64,000 bases of DNA. It comes from Monocercomonoides exilis PA203 (Eukaryota > Protista > Preaxostyla). Below the pieces are notes generated by a model. It did not search any database, was not told the origin of the DNA, and was given only the letters and a program-made list of their open reading frames with translations. The position numbers were made by a program, and so were the translations under genes. The stretch covers positions 496,001 through 560,000 of the forward strand of contig LSRY02000042.1 in the NCBI GenBank assembly GCA_001643675.2. Direction: 5' to 3'. Shown piece after piece: positions 41,060-54,700 of the stretch. How positions within the stretch are numbered: position 1 is the stretch's first letter; each line of letters opens with the position of its first letter.

Positions 41060-41633
41060 GGAATATGAGTTATTGTTGAAATGGCCAATCCACGCTTTGG
41101 AGAGCAATGCGATGAGAACAGAGCTGATTATTATATAGACATTGGGAAATAAATGAAGTTACGGAAGATACATGATTTTTATTTGGTGAAAGAGGTGAAA
41201 ACAAATTCAACTGATGTTTTATTGAATGATGATTTATGGATGGAATTCTGTGAAGGACAAAATCTGCACAATATTATATAGCATTTTGGAACATAAGGTA
41301 AAGGAGAAGCTTTTTGGGCAAGGAAAGTGGCTTGTAATATCGAGGGAAGGATATTCATCACAAAAACAAGCAAGAATTCAATGGAAAAAAGGAGAGAAAC
41401 AAAATATCAGTTTTATTTATAAGACTTTCCTGCTTCTCGGACTGTGCCAGGCAGACATGGAAGGCTGCGAAATTCTGTTTCTGATTCCGCTTTTGCTTCA
41501 AAAGAGTGGAGAAACGCCAACTACGAGACATCCAATTATCGAATATTTGTTGGCAGTCGAACAACATTCAGACCAAACGCTTTTGGATTTCATTCTCCGA
41601 AGGGACAGCCATCTTGAGAAAGCAAGACGATAA
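41060..41633 (+). pseudogene. Possible degenerate protein kinase fragment
   Basis: ...NDDLWMEFCEGQNLHNII* resembles kinase subdomain V (MEYC.GG.L); downstream PTTRHPII; multiple stops and frameshifts. Confidence 0.3.
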
Positions 41634-42125
41634 TTTTTCGAGGCTTTCTTTTTTTTAATCACAGCCAATGAAAGGGAATTTGTATGTTTTTGTTTTCTTT
41701 ATTTGTTTTTCAACAAAGCTGTTGTTTCGCTCAGATTCTATGTTTGTGCATGGTCCTTTGAATTTTGTGCCTTGAGCGTCAGAGAATGCATTTCAGATGC
41801 ATTGTCATCTGCATCATGAGAATTGATGAATGAATGCCAACTTTTTCCATTCATCTTCCTCCTCGTTGTTGAAGCAAAGCCAACTCATTCGATTCATTTT
41901 CGTCAGTGGTCATCCTCACATTCAGCAACCTGGTTGACATTTGATGCTTTTCAATCACACAGGCTGAAGGGTCATATTCCTCAAACACAGAAAGATGAAT
42001 ATTTCTTTCTTCTTCAGTTGCTCCACTTCGTTTGCTTCAATTATCAAATCATCACCCTCTTCACCTTCTTCCTCCTCCTCTTTCTCCTTCTCTTCCTCAT
42101 CCTCATCCTTTTCCTCTTCCTATTA

Positions 42126-42156
<31 letters not shown>

Positions 42157-43800
42157 AATTCATCATCGTCTTCTTCTTCTTCAATTGGTTCTGCGCTTTT
42201 CATTTTCTTTGAACAATTTCAGAAAAAAAACTGCACACAAAATCAATTCCCACTTTTGCGATTGTTTGAAACTTTGCAGAGAACAGACAAGTTATGGAAG
42301 TGACAAGATTCATGACAAATTTAAAGAAGAAGAACAAACAAAGGCACTAAATGCGAAGATGAATGAGGAGAACAAGAAGAATATAAAGAAGAAACAAATG
42401 CTGAATGATCAGAGTTCAATACAATGATTGTTTTCGCAAACAAAATACTTAATTCAGTAGATACAAAGAAAGAACGAAAGAAGAAAATGAAGAAAAAGAA
42501 TTCAAAAGAGAAATGAAATGAAATGAGTTCGACCATGCTCTTTGGGCGAGCTGGGAGACAAAGGCGAACAAGGCTCATCTAAAGAAAATGCAAACAAAAT
42601 GAACAGATTTGAATTTCATAACAGTCAATAGCAGCAAGAGAAGGCAGATTTATTTAATGTTGCAACATAAAAATTTGATGGCAATTCAAACAACAATTTC
42701 TCAAAGACGAAGAAGATGTTCTTTCCTTCAGCCAAATTACAAAAAAATATGTCCAATGAAGAGATCTTGGGAGAAGGAGAAGAAATCACATAAGCTGCAA
42801 AAATGTTGCTTGAAATAGATTGTCTCTGAGAATTACGTTCACATAAAGAATGCTGTTATCTGTTAGAAAAAATGATGGAAAATAAAACAAAAATTTGCTT
42901 TGCATTGGTTTTAAAAATTTTTGAAAAGAACACACCTCACAATCCAATCGCAAATGCAGAGGATTGTTGATCTCTGATGCTACCATTCTCCTTTTCCCGT
43001 ATTTCTCGGTGCTCCTTTCTCCATCATACTTTCCCCCCCAAATATCCTGCTTTCGATGTTATCATCCACTTTTTTTTCCGAAAAAAAAATATCTTTTCAT
43101 TTTTTCTTTACAAGTGCTGTTCAATTGCTTTCATTCCTTTTCGCTTTCATCCAAATGCTTTGAAATCGAATTTCTTTTCTTCCCCTGTTCCAATTGAATA
43201 CAAAAAAAATATGCAATTCCCATCTTCTGCTTGTATCTCGACATCCAGCCCTCTTCTGATGCTCTCCTCAGAAAGACAAAGGAATTGGCCATTTTTAAAA
43301 TTTATCAGATTCTTGGACTCTGAAAAGATGGTTTATAAAAGTATCTTCTCAACAAACAGGAACGATAAAAAACGCATACACTTAAACATTTTCATTCAAC
43401 AACCAAATTGCTGCATTTCCTTTCAAGATGTTTTTTTAAAAATCATCTCTCTCAATTCCAAAATCAATTCTCAGCCTTCGCTCTCTCGTGCAACCATACA
43501 AAATAATATAACCTATTTCACAATATATTTTTCCTAACCAACACTCATCTTGCAAAATTTCCATTCATTTTCAAAGATTATCGTCAGATCAAAATATCCA
43601 TAACAACAAACCAACAAGGATAAAGCGTTCTTTTTCTCTTTCATATCTTATCAAAAGTACTTTCATTAAAAGCACGGTATGAGGAAAGGCATTTTTCAGA
43701 TTATTTTGTAAATTTAACATTTGTTATTTTTTCTTTTCATTTGGATTGATGAAAATGTTGATGTATTCCGAATGATGCGTTTTGCAAAAAAACTAAGGAA

Positions 43801-45251
43801 ATGAGCTTCACTGAAAAATTCAATGGTGTGCATTAACTGTAGTATGCGAATTCTTATTGATTGGATTTCTTTCTTTCTTTCTTTCTTTGTTTTTTATTGA
43901 AGAATTGTTTTCCCAGTTGAATAAATCAGTTGATGAACAAAAACAGAAAATTGAAGATATGAGTGGACTAATGGAAGAGATGGGTAAAGAAGAATTCATT
44001 TCTGTTTTCACGGAAGAGTTGTTCGATGCATTGAGCAAAATGATTGAAGAAAAGAAACTTTCGATGGAAAATGCAATTTTGTTGTTGAAGCGCATTGGAT
44101 ATTTGAAAACGTTGAAAAGAATACATTATTTTGGCTTTGAAAAAATTTCTTTGAGTGAAAGAATTGAGAAGATGATTATAAATGAAGAAGAGAAGAAAGA
44201 AGAAAAGAATGAAAAGCTTCTTGTTGGTCTTTGTGAATGCTATCTTTTGTTTTACAGCAGAGTTCCATCTTCGGAATTTCTTTCAATTTGCGTGCCTTGT
44301 CTCCTGAAAGCTGCATTGAAGAAAGAGGAAAGCGAGAAGGCTCAGAAGGAAGTGGAAATGGCTTTGCTGGCTTTGAGTAATATCTATATGTGGACGGTAT
44401 GATTAATTTGCTGTTTATTTATTAAATTTTCTTTATTTCATATTTTGATATTTATTCTATTATTATTTTTTTTTTATTAGAATGTTCCAAAAGAATTGTA
44501 TCTGAGTGAGATCAAAGAGGTTATCCAATATCACCAGGAACATCACAACCTCACTCATCTTGCCTATCAATCGGTTTGGGCCTTTTTCACAGACAGGATG
44601 TTCTTTGAAAAAAGTTTGGAAGAAGTTGGTGTGAATGAACTGCATTTAGTGAGAGAGGCAGTGAGAGAATTGGAAGAGCTGACAAAGAATGTGATTTGGA
44701 TGAGAGAAAAAAAAGATGAAAGAGGAAAAGAAACGAATGAAGAGCTTCTTTTGATAAGATGGTTCATGACAATGAAGATATATTTACGCCATTGTCAATT
44801 GCAGAATGAAGAATTTGTTGGTCTTTTCAACAGCATTGTTCAGATGTTTCGAGCAGCAAAGGACAATTTCAGAAAAATTAGCAATGAGTGCATGTACATA
44901 TTTTTGGTTGCAAAGGGTAATTTATCAATCGAAATTGAAGACTTGTTAAATGGGGGAGTTGTTGATGTTGCTTTGGAGGAGATGCAGCAACCAACATTAG
45001 GTTACAAAATGATGTGTTATAACTTGGAAATTATAAATTCTATTTCATGGCAATTGAAAGGAAAGAAGAAAGATGAAAAGGAAGAAGCGAAAAGAAAGGC
45101 AACGAAAAGGAAAGTGCTTGAAAAGATGGAAGAAAAAGGATACGAAGATGACATTTTTTGTTTCAATGAAATATTGGATATTCTTAATGAAGTGAATTTT
45201 TATGACGAAGCGTTATCGTTGGATATTTCGGATTATTTTGTAAATGTTTAG
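43801..45251 (+). CDS. Lineage-specific helical family copy 2, apparently intact (3 exons)
   Basis: MSFTEKFN|ELFSQL...MENAILLLK...AQKEVEMALLALSNIYMWT|NVPKELYLSEIK...KMEEKGYED...ISDYFVNV; introns 43826-43902 and ~44397-44480 are GT-AG and in frame. Confidence 0.8.
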
Positions 45252-45572
45252 TGAAAAAAAATGTTTAATATTTTGTAACTCAAAAGTTTCTTTCTTTCTT
45301 TTTTTTATTTATTTCTCAATTCTAAACCTTTTTGTCATATAAACGTTTCGTATTCACGCATGTCTGTGTTGTCCCACAGTTTTTCGCATATATGAGAAAT
45401 TGGTATTTCTAAATTTATTGCAAAATTTATTCTTTTTTGAATATTTTTAAAATATTTTTTAAGTCAAAAAAAAATTGTAAAAATTCAAAAGAAACATTTC
45501 TGAAATGAATTAACTTGATATCCTCATCCAAGATGAATTAATTGAATTTATCTGGTTTTCCCATAATAATAT

Positions 45573-46559
45573 ATAGGTGAGTATTTTTATTGGCACCAGT
45601 TTTTTTATTGGCACCAAAAATTATTTTCATTATCTTCATTTCATCAAAGCTCATAAATCTGTTTCATAACTTAAGAACAATAAACAAATAAAAATTGAGC
45701 TGTACGTCAAATATTTTTTTAAAAAACTTTCTCAGAAAAACGATCTAATAATTTTTAACTTTTATATTTCGATCAATGTTTTGCTCGTATTTTCTTGACT
45801 GATTGCTGTTGCGAGTTTTTATCACGGAATACACAAAAACAATTGTATTTTCCGTATTTGTTACTTATTCGTTATATTTTGAACTATTTATTTAAGTGTA
45901 TTTTTGCATTTCACCACTTTTGTTTAAACATGCAAAATCAAGTGAATATGTTTGTTTTATCGATTTTCATGAAGTGTATTATATTTAATAAGTTTTTTAA
46001 CAACAAATTATTGATATTGGATAACTTCCAATTTGTCAATACTTTGATAAATTCAATTCTTTCAAAAGCATGATCCTTTGATTTCTTTTTAATTTTAAAT
46101 AAAAGTTTATTTTCAAAACATGCATAATATACAAAAAAGATTATTCTGTCGATATCTTTTGACCATTTATAACAAAACAAACACATTCACTTGATTTTGC
46201 ATGTTTAAACAAAAGTGGTGAAATGCAAAAATACACTTAAATAAATAGTTCAAAATATAACGAATAAGTAACAAATACGGAAAATACAATTGTTTTTGTG
46301 TATTCCGTGATAAAAACTCGCAACAGCAATCAGTCAAGAAAATACGAGCAAAACATTGATCGAAATATAAAAGTTAAAAATTATTAGATCGTTTTTCTGA
46401 GAAAGTTTTTTAAAAAAATATTTGACGTACAGCTCAATTTTTATTTGTTTATTGTTCTTAAGTTATGAAACAGATTTATGAGCTTTGATGAAATGAAGAT
46501 AATGAAAATAATTTTTGGTGCCAATAAAAAAACTGGTGCCAATAAAAATACTCACCTAT
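45573..46559. mobile_element. Foldback/MITE element: ~386-bp near-perfect inverted arms, 215-bp spacer
   Basis: 45573-45958 is the reverse complement of 46174-46559 (one mismatch seen near the inner end); each end carries two direct TTTTTATTGGCACC repeats; ends read TA|GGTGAG...CTCACC|TA. Confidence 0.9.
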
Positions 46560-48247
46560 GAGACAAAGTTTTATGTTTTATGAATTTTGTTCCACTCTAC
46601 ACTTTCATATACAACTCTCAATTTTAAATTTTTTTGTATTTTTTAGAATTGTAATGAAAATTTTGCAATGATATAATTGCAGTATAAGTTTGCAACAAAC
46701 CTCTATTTTTTTATAATTGCAAAAATTTTGTCCCATTTGAGTGCATTCTCACAAGTCTGAGAAGTCAAGCGTTTTAAACTTTCATGAACCTTTTTATCAA
46801 TAACTTTAATAAAATAAACTTTCAAAGAAAATGAAATTTATTTACAAAGACAAAAAGCTGATTACCGAAAATTTTCAAATTCATTTCAGATATATTGTTA
46901 AAAAGAAAAAAAAGCAAAATAAATCATTGTCGTCAGTATTCGTTCCATTCAGTTTGCTCCTATCTTTTTGCATCCTCAAAATGATCTATCTGAAGTAAAG
47001 CAAGCTGAATGATGCAAGAAAGCAACAATTTTACATCGTTAGTGCATATAAAGGACAATTGGAAGATTTATATCTGTTGTTAAATTGATTAAAAATAGGG
47101 CTATAATTTTATCTTGACCTTTTTTCTATATCACGACCTTTTTCTTTTTTGCCATGCGCTCTGCTTTATGCAAGCAATTAGCAAATAAAAAATAACCAGA
47201 AATGTTTGAAATGTTTTAATTTCCTAATTCTGTATTTTTTTGTCAATATTTCATGTTTTGCAAAAAGATCGAGGATTATAATAATTTTATGTTTTGATCA
47301 TTGACTTACCACTTTTCCAGCGAATATTTTTCACTAGAAGTTTGAAGCTTTCATATCATAATACATTATTTCTTTTTTTTTACAAGTTGAACTTGTTTTA
47401 AACTTTTTCAACTTGTTTTTTTTTTTTCATTTTTTCTCAGTTCACACATTTTTCAAAAAAACATGATTTTCGAATTAAATGAACTTTTGTTTTTTTATTC
47501 TTTGAAGTAAAATAAAAACAAATCTGTAATGAAATTTTATATTAAAGAAAAAACAACGAAACATTTATCAATGGCAAACATTTATCATATCAAAATTTTC
47601 ATATTTTCTACTATTTCGTATTAAATTCTTATTCAATTCTTTTTCATTTCAAAATTAAACAAAAATATATATAATAAGAAACTCCCAGTTTTAATTTCAT
47701 TTATCCTTAAAAATAATGCACATTCATATTTATTCCGAAAAACGTGTTTTTGTTGAAACAGTGAAATGAGAAAAAAAAGCAAAAAATTAAATTAAAAAAA
47801 TAAAAACAAGTTATTATAATAATATAGGAATGTTGTATTAAGATGTTGAGGATAAAAACGTTGTGTATGAAATATTCGCTTCACTGCCAGCAAGTCTTTA
47901 ATCTATGTCCTACAATAAAAAAAAAAAAAAAAAATTGAATATTTTTTTGAAAATTAAAATTTCAAAATTTTTTTCAACAGAATTCTGAAAAAATAAAAAT
48001 AAGGGGGAAAATATGAACTTTCAAGCTTTTTGTGTACAAAGCATGAAAAAATAGTTTCACTTTTAACATTATTAAACTTTATCAGATTTCAAAATAAATT
48101 GGATTTTCATTGCTGCAAACAAACATCATTGATAAAATTACAAAATGTTTTGTGAACTCACATATATTTCTAATCATAAACCCATTTATTTCAATTTTTT
48201 AATCACAAAAAAGTCAATGAAAAGTGCATAATTTTTCAATGAAAATG

Positions 48248-50668
48248 GGCATAGGTCTAAATTGTACCAGTAGCGAATTTGACGTTTTTTAATTATATTT
48301 CACTGTATTATTAATAAACGTAATTAATTAACTCTATATTATCGAGAAAATCTATGAAATTTAACTTTGAAAAACAATAATAAAAATTAATGATCGGACC
48401 CATTAAATATTTATATATTTTTCCTTTTTTGTTTTTGGGGTGTAATGGAGAAATTTAGTTGTTATCAGCAAAGATAATGATTGTCAAACATATAATTCTT
48501 TGTATATCTATTATTTATTTAAATTGATATGTGTAATATTTTTCGTAATCAAAATCTATTCGAAATATGATTCTTGCTTTATGATATAGAATTTTTGTCT
48601 GAAGCGAAACATCCGTTGAATTGAATTCTTTATTTTGGCATTAGAGGAATGGATCAAAAACAAATTTTACAAATTATTCAGTTTCAGATGGAATAACAAA
48701 TGGAGGAGCGATTTACATGCAAAGCCTGGGTTCGGGAACACTTTCAGTGAAATTTTGTTCGTTCAACAACTGCACTGCATATTATGCTGGGGGAGGAATT
48801 TTGTGTGTTTCAATCAATTCTATCAAGATCGAAAATAACTCATTCAATGCATGCACTGCTCAAAAAGATGAAGGAGGAGAGATTATGGCTTATCCGTTTC
48901 AGGAGTGTGTCAGGATCAGTGGTTGAGAATTTTTAAAATACAAAGCAGATAGAATAGGAGGAGGGCCTTATCTTAATTCTTTTCAGGTTTCAAGTTCTGG
49001 ATGTATCGGAGCAGAAAGTGGGAAAGGGGAGAGTGCTTGTGTGTTTGAATGCTCATTTACTTCTTTCTCACTAGCAAGAAATTTTGGTGGAGGATTGAAT
49101 TGCTCATATATTCCAGTCACATTGAAAATGAGGAGAATACAGTTCATTTCATGTTCAACAGTATCACATGGCCGAGGACCGTACTTTTACACCTTTCAAC
49201 AAACAACTCCAAGCTACAGCGTTTATTGCTATTTTTTATTCTTTCATGAATGCAAATGCTCTGCAGCCACTCCATATGGGCGTGATGTGATGTATTATAA
49301 TCGATATAATGTTTTTAAGTCTTCAAACAATCCGTTCGATGAATGCTACACAACAAACGCAGATGACCAGAGAGTGTGCTACAGATATTGGACAAGTGAC
49401 TGGGCATATCAGCTCACGGACAAGAAGGAGTGGCTGAACGAATGGACAAAGGTTCTGTTTGTGGGGGTAAATGGAAGCGACTCGAGTGGGCTGTGTGGAA
49501 TGGGCGAGTCGGCTCCATGCCAGACGGTGGGGCATGCAGTGGAGACGGGCTTGGAAGAGCTGAGCTCATCAGTCACACTGATGGGCGGTTATCACACAAG
49601 CGAGACAGCAACGATTGAGATTGGAACAAAGAAGATTTCAGTCATTGGGAAAGGGAGGACAAAGAGTTCGATCGAAACAGGAGCCCTTTCATTATCAGGT
49701 GCGCTGTTCAGTGTGTCAGCAGGTCATCTTGGAATGAATCATTTGAAAGTCGATTGTAACTCAAATATAAATCCTTCGCCGAGCGTGGTTGTGGTGTCTG
49801 ATGGGGGTGGGTCACTCTCATTGGAGGATGTTGTGATCACCACGAGTAAAACAGGAGACTATGTGATATTGTCGTCAGTGTTTGTGGTGGCGCTGTCGCA
49901 GCTGTCGATGGTTGATGTGGAGATCATAAATATGAATGTCTCAAAATCATTGTTCTCTGAGCCGAATCAATCTTCTTCTTCATTATCGTCATCTGCACTG
50001 TATCTGACAGCCACAGCATCAGGAGATAGCGAGCTGGCGAATGTGAAGGTGACAAATGTGAAGTTGACTGAAGGAGATGGGGTGGTTGTGGCAAAGAGTG
50101 TGAAGGCTGGAAAGATATTTACTGTTCAGTATGTGACTATTGACGATTGAAGGTGTGTGAATGGCAGTGGTGGAGGGATCAAGGTTGAGTTGGAAACTGA
50201 TTCAAGAATATTTTGCACTGGAACATCCACATCGCAAGATGGAGAACAATGAAGGTTTGCAGATGAATTTTTCTCAATTAAATTGCAATGTTTTTCAAAC
50301 GGTTTTTATTAAAAATTTTTTATTCTATGCATTCTTTTCAAAATGCGCAGAATGTTTATATAAAAAAAAAGAAAACAAAACATAAACCAGTCCATTCTTT
50401 TTGATTAGAAGTCATGCAAAAACAGAAAAACAAGACAATTGCAAAATTTTATATTCAAAATATAGAGCGAATAAGTACATAAAACAAAAAAGGAAAAATA
50501 TATAAATATTTAATGGGTCCGATCATTAATTTTTATTATTGTTTTTCAAAGTTAAATTTCATAGATTTTCTCGATAATATAGAGTTAATTAATTACGTTT
50601 ATTAATAATACAGTGAAATATAATTAAAAAACGTCAAATTCGCTACTGGTACAATTTAGACCTATGCC
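48248..50668. mobile_element. Non-autonomous TIR DNA transposon carrying a host gene fragment (Pack-MULE-like)
   Basis: Identical 188-bp TIRs (48248-48435, 50481-50668) with GGC...GCC termini; 8-bp direct repeat TGAAAATG at 48240-48247 and 50669-50676; no transposase inside. Confidence 0.9.
48648..50252 (+). pseudogene. Captured fragment of a GGA/GGG-repeat (beta-helix, POMP-like) surface-protein gene
   Basis: One frame: GGAIYM...FCSFNNCTA..GGGI...ISG*EF...FGGGLNC...LFVGVNGSDSSGLCGMGESAPCQTVGHAVE...TIDD*RCVNGSGGGIKVELE; TGA at 48924-48926 and 50148-50150; no signal peptide or TM anchor. Confidence 0.75.
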
Positions 50669-51775
50669 TGAAAATGCCTGAAGTGAAATATTTTGTCCCA
50701 TATCAAGAAGTCTCTTTCTTTTGTTTTTGCTTTTAACCTTTTCACAAATCTAAAAAGGAAAAACAAGTATCAAAAATAGGGTTGAGATTATTTTTTGAGT
50801 TCAAGATAAAATATGTTCCCTATTCAATGTTGTGCATTAGTCTATTCTTTCGGTTCCGCTGTGTTCACCTCTTCATCGCTTGCAGCATCAGTGGTGAAAT
50901 TAGTTGGTAAGCAGATTTTTTCTGCAGCTTCGGATGTGAATTCGCTCCCATCAGCCAACGATCAACTTGACCCATTGCAGCTGCCGTTTTTCGATTGTGA
51001 AGCTTGTGTCGCAATCGCTGCACCAGAGGAATGTGATGGAGAAGCTGAAAAACGAAATGATGGAGTGAGAGCTGTGGCGTGTGAAGCAGGGGGGATTGGA
51101 GAGAAGAGTTTCGAGGTGTAAGAGCTGAGGATGGAGGATGCAGTTCTATCGGATGAAGCTATGCGTTTGCCGTTCTGAAAGAGTGAGAAGAGAAGAAGAA
51201 ATTGAGATGTGGAGGAAAATAAAAAAAGTGGAAGAGGTGATAGTTGATGGACAGGTTACAGAAGGAGCATAATCAAGGTTTGACTGTGAGGAGAAAAAGA
51301 TAAAGTGGAGGAGGAGGAAGAAGAAGTTTCGAATGAATAAGGAAAAATAAAAGAAAGGGAAGAAAGGGAAGAAGACAAAGAAGAGACGAAAGAAGAGACG
51401 AAAGAGCAATGAATAGAAAATTTAAAAAGAGAAAAAGAATGAGAGAGAAAAAGATTTGAATTTGTCGAAGACTGATACGAAATATGGGCATTCTTCTTGC
51501 TTGAACAATGAAGAATCCAACAAGATGAAGAGATGTTACATGTTCTTGTTAACTTTTTTGTTAGATTTTTTTTTCAATAAAAAAGATTTTTTTCAGTTTT
51601 CTTTTCTTTATAATCAGTCATTTTCGGATTTATAAAAAGTTCTTATTTTTCATTGAACAATCAAATTTTTTCCATTAACTTTCGTTTCAAGATTTTTTTA
51701 AGAATATGTTATCAATTTTCATTTTATACAAATATTGATCAAAATTAAAATTTGAAAAAAGTGTTTTTTTTAAGA

Positions 51776-54700
51776 ATGTTTTGGGGATTAATTCTTTTCC
51801 AAATTGTAATATCGATTTACTCGCTAGACGATCCATCACAGCCAATTACAACAGTATTTGTCAAGCAAAGCGGGAACAATAGCAACAATGGATTGGATAT
51901 TGGCCAGGAAAGGCAATCTTTGTTATTGGCATACATTCTTCTGAGCAATGAAGCTGTTTGCAACATAAAATTTGTTGAAGATGAAAATCCATTTCCTGCG
52001 GAAGTCTTGACAGCTAACAAAAAGACAAAAATTACACTTGAAGGATGGAAAAGTGATGGAAGTGGGAACGCCGAAGTGGAAATAGACTGTGAAGTGCATG
52101 AAGGTTTAGTTCTATTTAATTGCTATTGCGATGCGGAATTCAAATGGTTGGCATTTCACATTCCAACAACATTGGATAAAAAAGGAGTTGAAAAATTTGG
52201 ACCATTATCTTTGATAAACGCACAACGTACAAGCTTGACAATAAGCAACTGTAGATTTATTCGGCCAGCAGGGGGAAGCGTGGTTGATTATAGACTTGTT
52301 GATGCAAATGGTGGATCGTTGACGATGGAATCAGTTGAATGCGCAGATGAAGAAAATACATTTTCAACGATGAGAGAAGTGTTTTTTGCAAGTGATTGCG
52401 AAACGGTGATATTGTCCAATTTGAATTTGAAGAAAATTGATATAGTTCGTCCAAACGAAAAGATTTTTGCAGAAGCCGTTGTTGATGTCTATAGTTACAG
52501 CACAGACATCAAAACTGATCTTACATTGAAAGGGAGCACATTTTCGGAGATAAAAAGCGCAAGCATGGTATTTGTATTTAAAACTTATAACAAAGATAGT
52601 ACATTTACTGTTGGAGATGGAGGTGTCACAACATTTTCGTCATGCCATACTGATTATCAATATGGCTCTGGGGTATTATGTCTACGAATGACTGCTATTA
52701 CATCAGTAAGTCAGATTAAATGGCCCGAAGATGGGAGGAATCTGATATTTGACAAATGCACATTCGGAGCAGGTAAGTCAAAAAGAAGCACTGGACTATT
52801 ATTGATAATGGCGAATGACTCATTATTTGAAGACCTCGCAGCAGAAATGAAGAAAAGTTTTGCAGCTAATTATAACAGAAGAGATAATTTGTGGAATATT
52901 GTTGGGACCGACAACAATATGATATATGAATGTGATTTTGTGTCCACGTATTATGATCCCCCTCTTTCAAAGCCAGAAAACATGACAAAGGCCTTCGTAA
53001 AGAATGGAGGAAAAGGAAATGGAATCAGTGTTGAATTAGCAGCCTACAGTTTAAAGGATGCATACAACTTTTTAGAAAAGAGTGTGAAATGCATCATCGA
53101 AACTGTCAAAACAGAAGATCCTCTTCCAGCTGAAGCTATCACATTTGATGTTGGCAACGGAATAATTATTGAAGGAGTTAACAGTGACGGAAAGGGAAAC
53201 GCAGAAGTTGCTATCGATTGTGATGTTAGCGCATCATCTGCTTTATTTACATGTGAAAAAGAGGTTGAATTCAAGTCTTTGGCATTTAACTTTCCCACTT
53301 CTGGGAAAAAATGGGATTCTTTAATTTTTGGAAATGAATTGTCAACGTCGCTTTCCATCAGCAATTGCCGATTTGTCAGAATTGGAGCACAATCATCAAC
53401 AGGTGGAGGAATTGGCACCTGTGTTGATGGAGACGGTTCTGTTGCAGGCAATCTTGTGAAGGTTGTAAGTGGGAAAGTTACATTGAACAATGTTTCATGT
53501 GCAGATGATTCAATTTGTGTTTCGTTTTCGATTTCGCCATTTTATTTTGAAGGGGTCAATGAAATTTCGTTGAATGGAGTAGAAGTGAGCAATGTGAATG
53601 TCCAAAATGGAGCAGCGATTACAATTGAAGATGGAGAAAGCACACCTACAACAGTAAGCATTGAAGGGCTGAGCATGAAGGAGGTGAACTCAGAGAATGG
53701 AGACGTGGCTGGCTTGGAGATTTCTTTGGTTTCGGAAGAATCAACAGTTGCGATTGGAAGAAACGACAAATGCTCATTCAAATCTTGTTCAGCACCGAAT
53801 GGGAAAGTTGGGGCAATATTCATTGAGATGCCAAAGGCAGCATCGAACATTCAGCTTCCCGCAGCAAACAATCTGGAGATAGACAGCTCAAACACAGCTG
53901 GCTCGCAATCATCTTCTCTGTTCATCATTGCGCCAGATTTTGATGAGTTCTGCAAAAGAGAAGATGCATTTGAGTTTGCGAATGATTATGGCAATTCAAC
54001 AGCTGGGTGGATTGCGGGAGCAAAAGATGAAGAATCAGAGCCAGAAGATGCGTATGAAAAGTATTTGAAAGAGCAAAAAGATAAGCCGAAGGAAGATGAG
54101 TCAAAAGAAGAGAAGGAATCAGAAGGAAGAGAAGGAAATGGAGAAGAAAAGAAGCCATTTGCTTGGTGGATTATTGTGATTGTTGTTGGAGTTGTGGCAG
54201 TTGTGGCAGTTGTTTGTGTCATTTTGATTGTGACGACGACGAAGAAGAGGAAGAAGAAGACATTCTCAAAGAAGCAGCAGATACTTGTGGAGGAGGAAGA
54301 AGATGGATATGAAGGAAAAGAAGGAGGAGAAGAAGAAAGAGAAAGAGAAAGAGAAAGAGAAGAAGGGGAAAACAAAATAGCAAAGAATCGAGTGAAAGAA
54401 GATAATTCGAATTCAAACGAAAATGCATCTTTCATTCAACATTTGAACAATACAACACACGAAAATAACAAATCTAACAGACATTTACAGAAAGATGAAA
54501 GAAAAGAAGGAATAAGCAGTGAATTCATTGAAGAAGCTGTGAATCAGATTTTGTCTTCTTCTTCTTCTGTGTTGAATGAAGAAGAATTACAAGCAAACAA
54601 AATGAATGCGAATTTGAAAGAATTTGTGACAGAAGCAAACACATTTTCATTGCAATCAAACAAACAAAATGAAGAAACAAGAATGAAAGATGAAGAAATC

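Noticed and set aside
45585-45620. Short direct repeats TTTTTATTGGCACC resembling a CRISPR or iteron array
   Set aside because: Only two copies per end with no unique spacers, in a eukaryotic context; explained as TIR subrepeats.
48924-50150. Two in-frame TGA codons at positions where Cys looks expected (ISG*EF, IDD*RC), suggesting TGA=Cys/Sec recoding
   Set aside because: TGA terminates apparently intact genes here (Rab 9810-9812, PP4R2, 54944-54946). The cargo is truncated and shows other decay, and TGT/TGC to TGA needs only one substitution.
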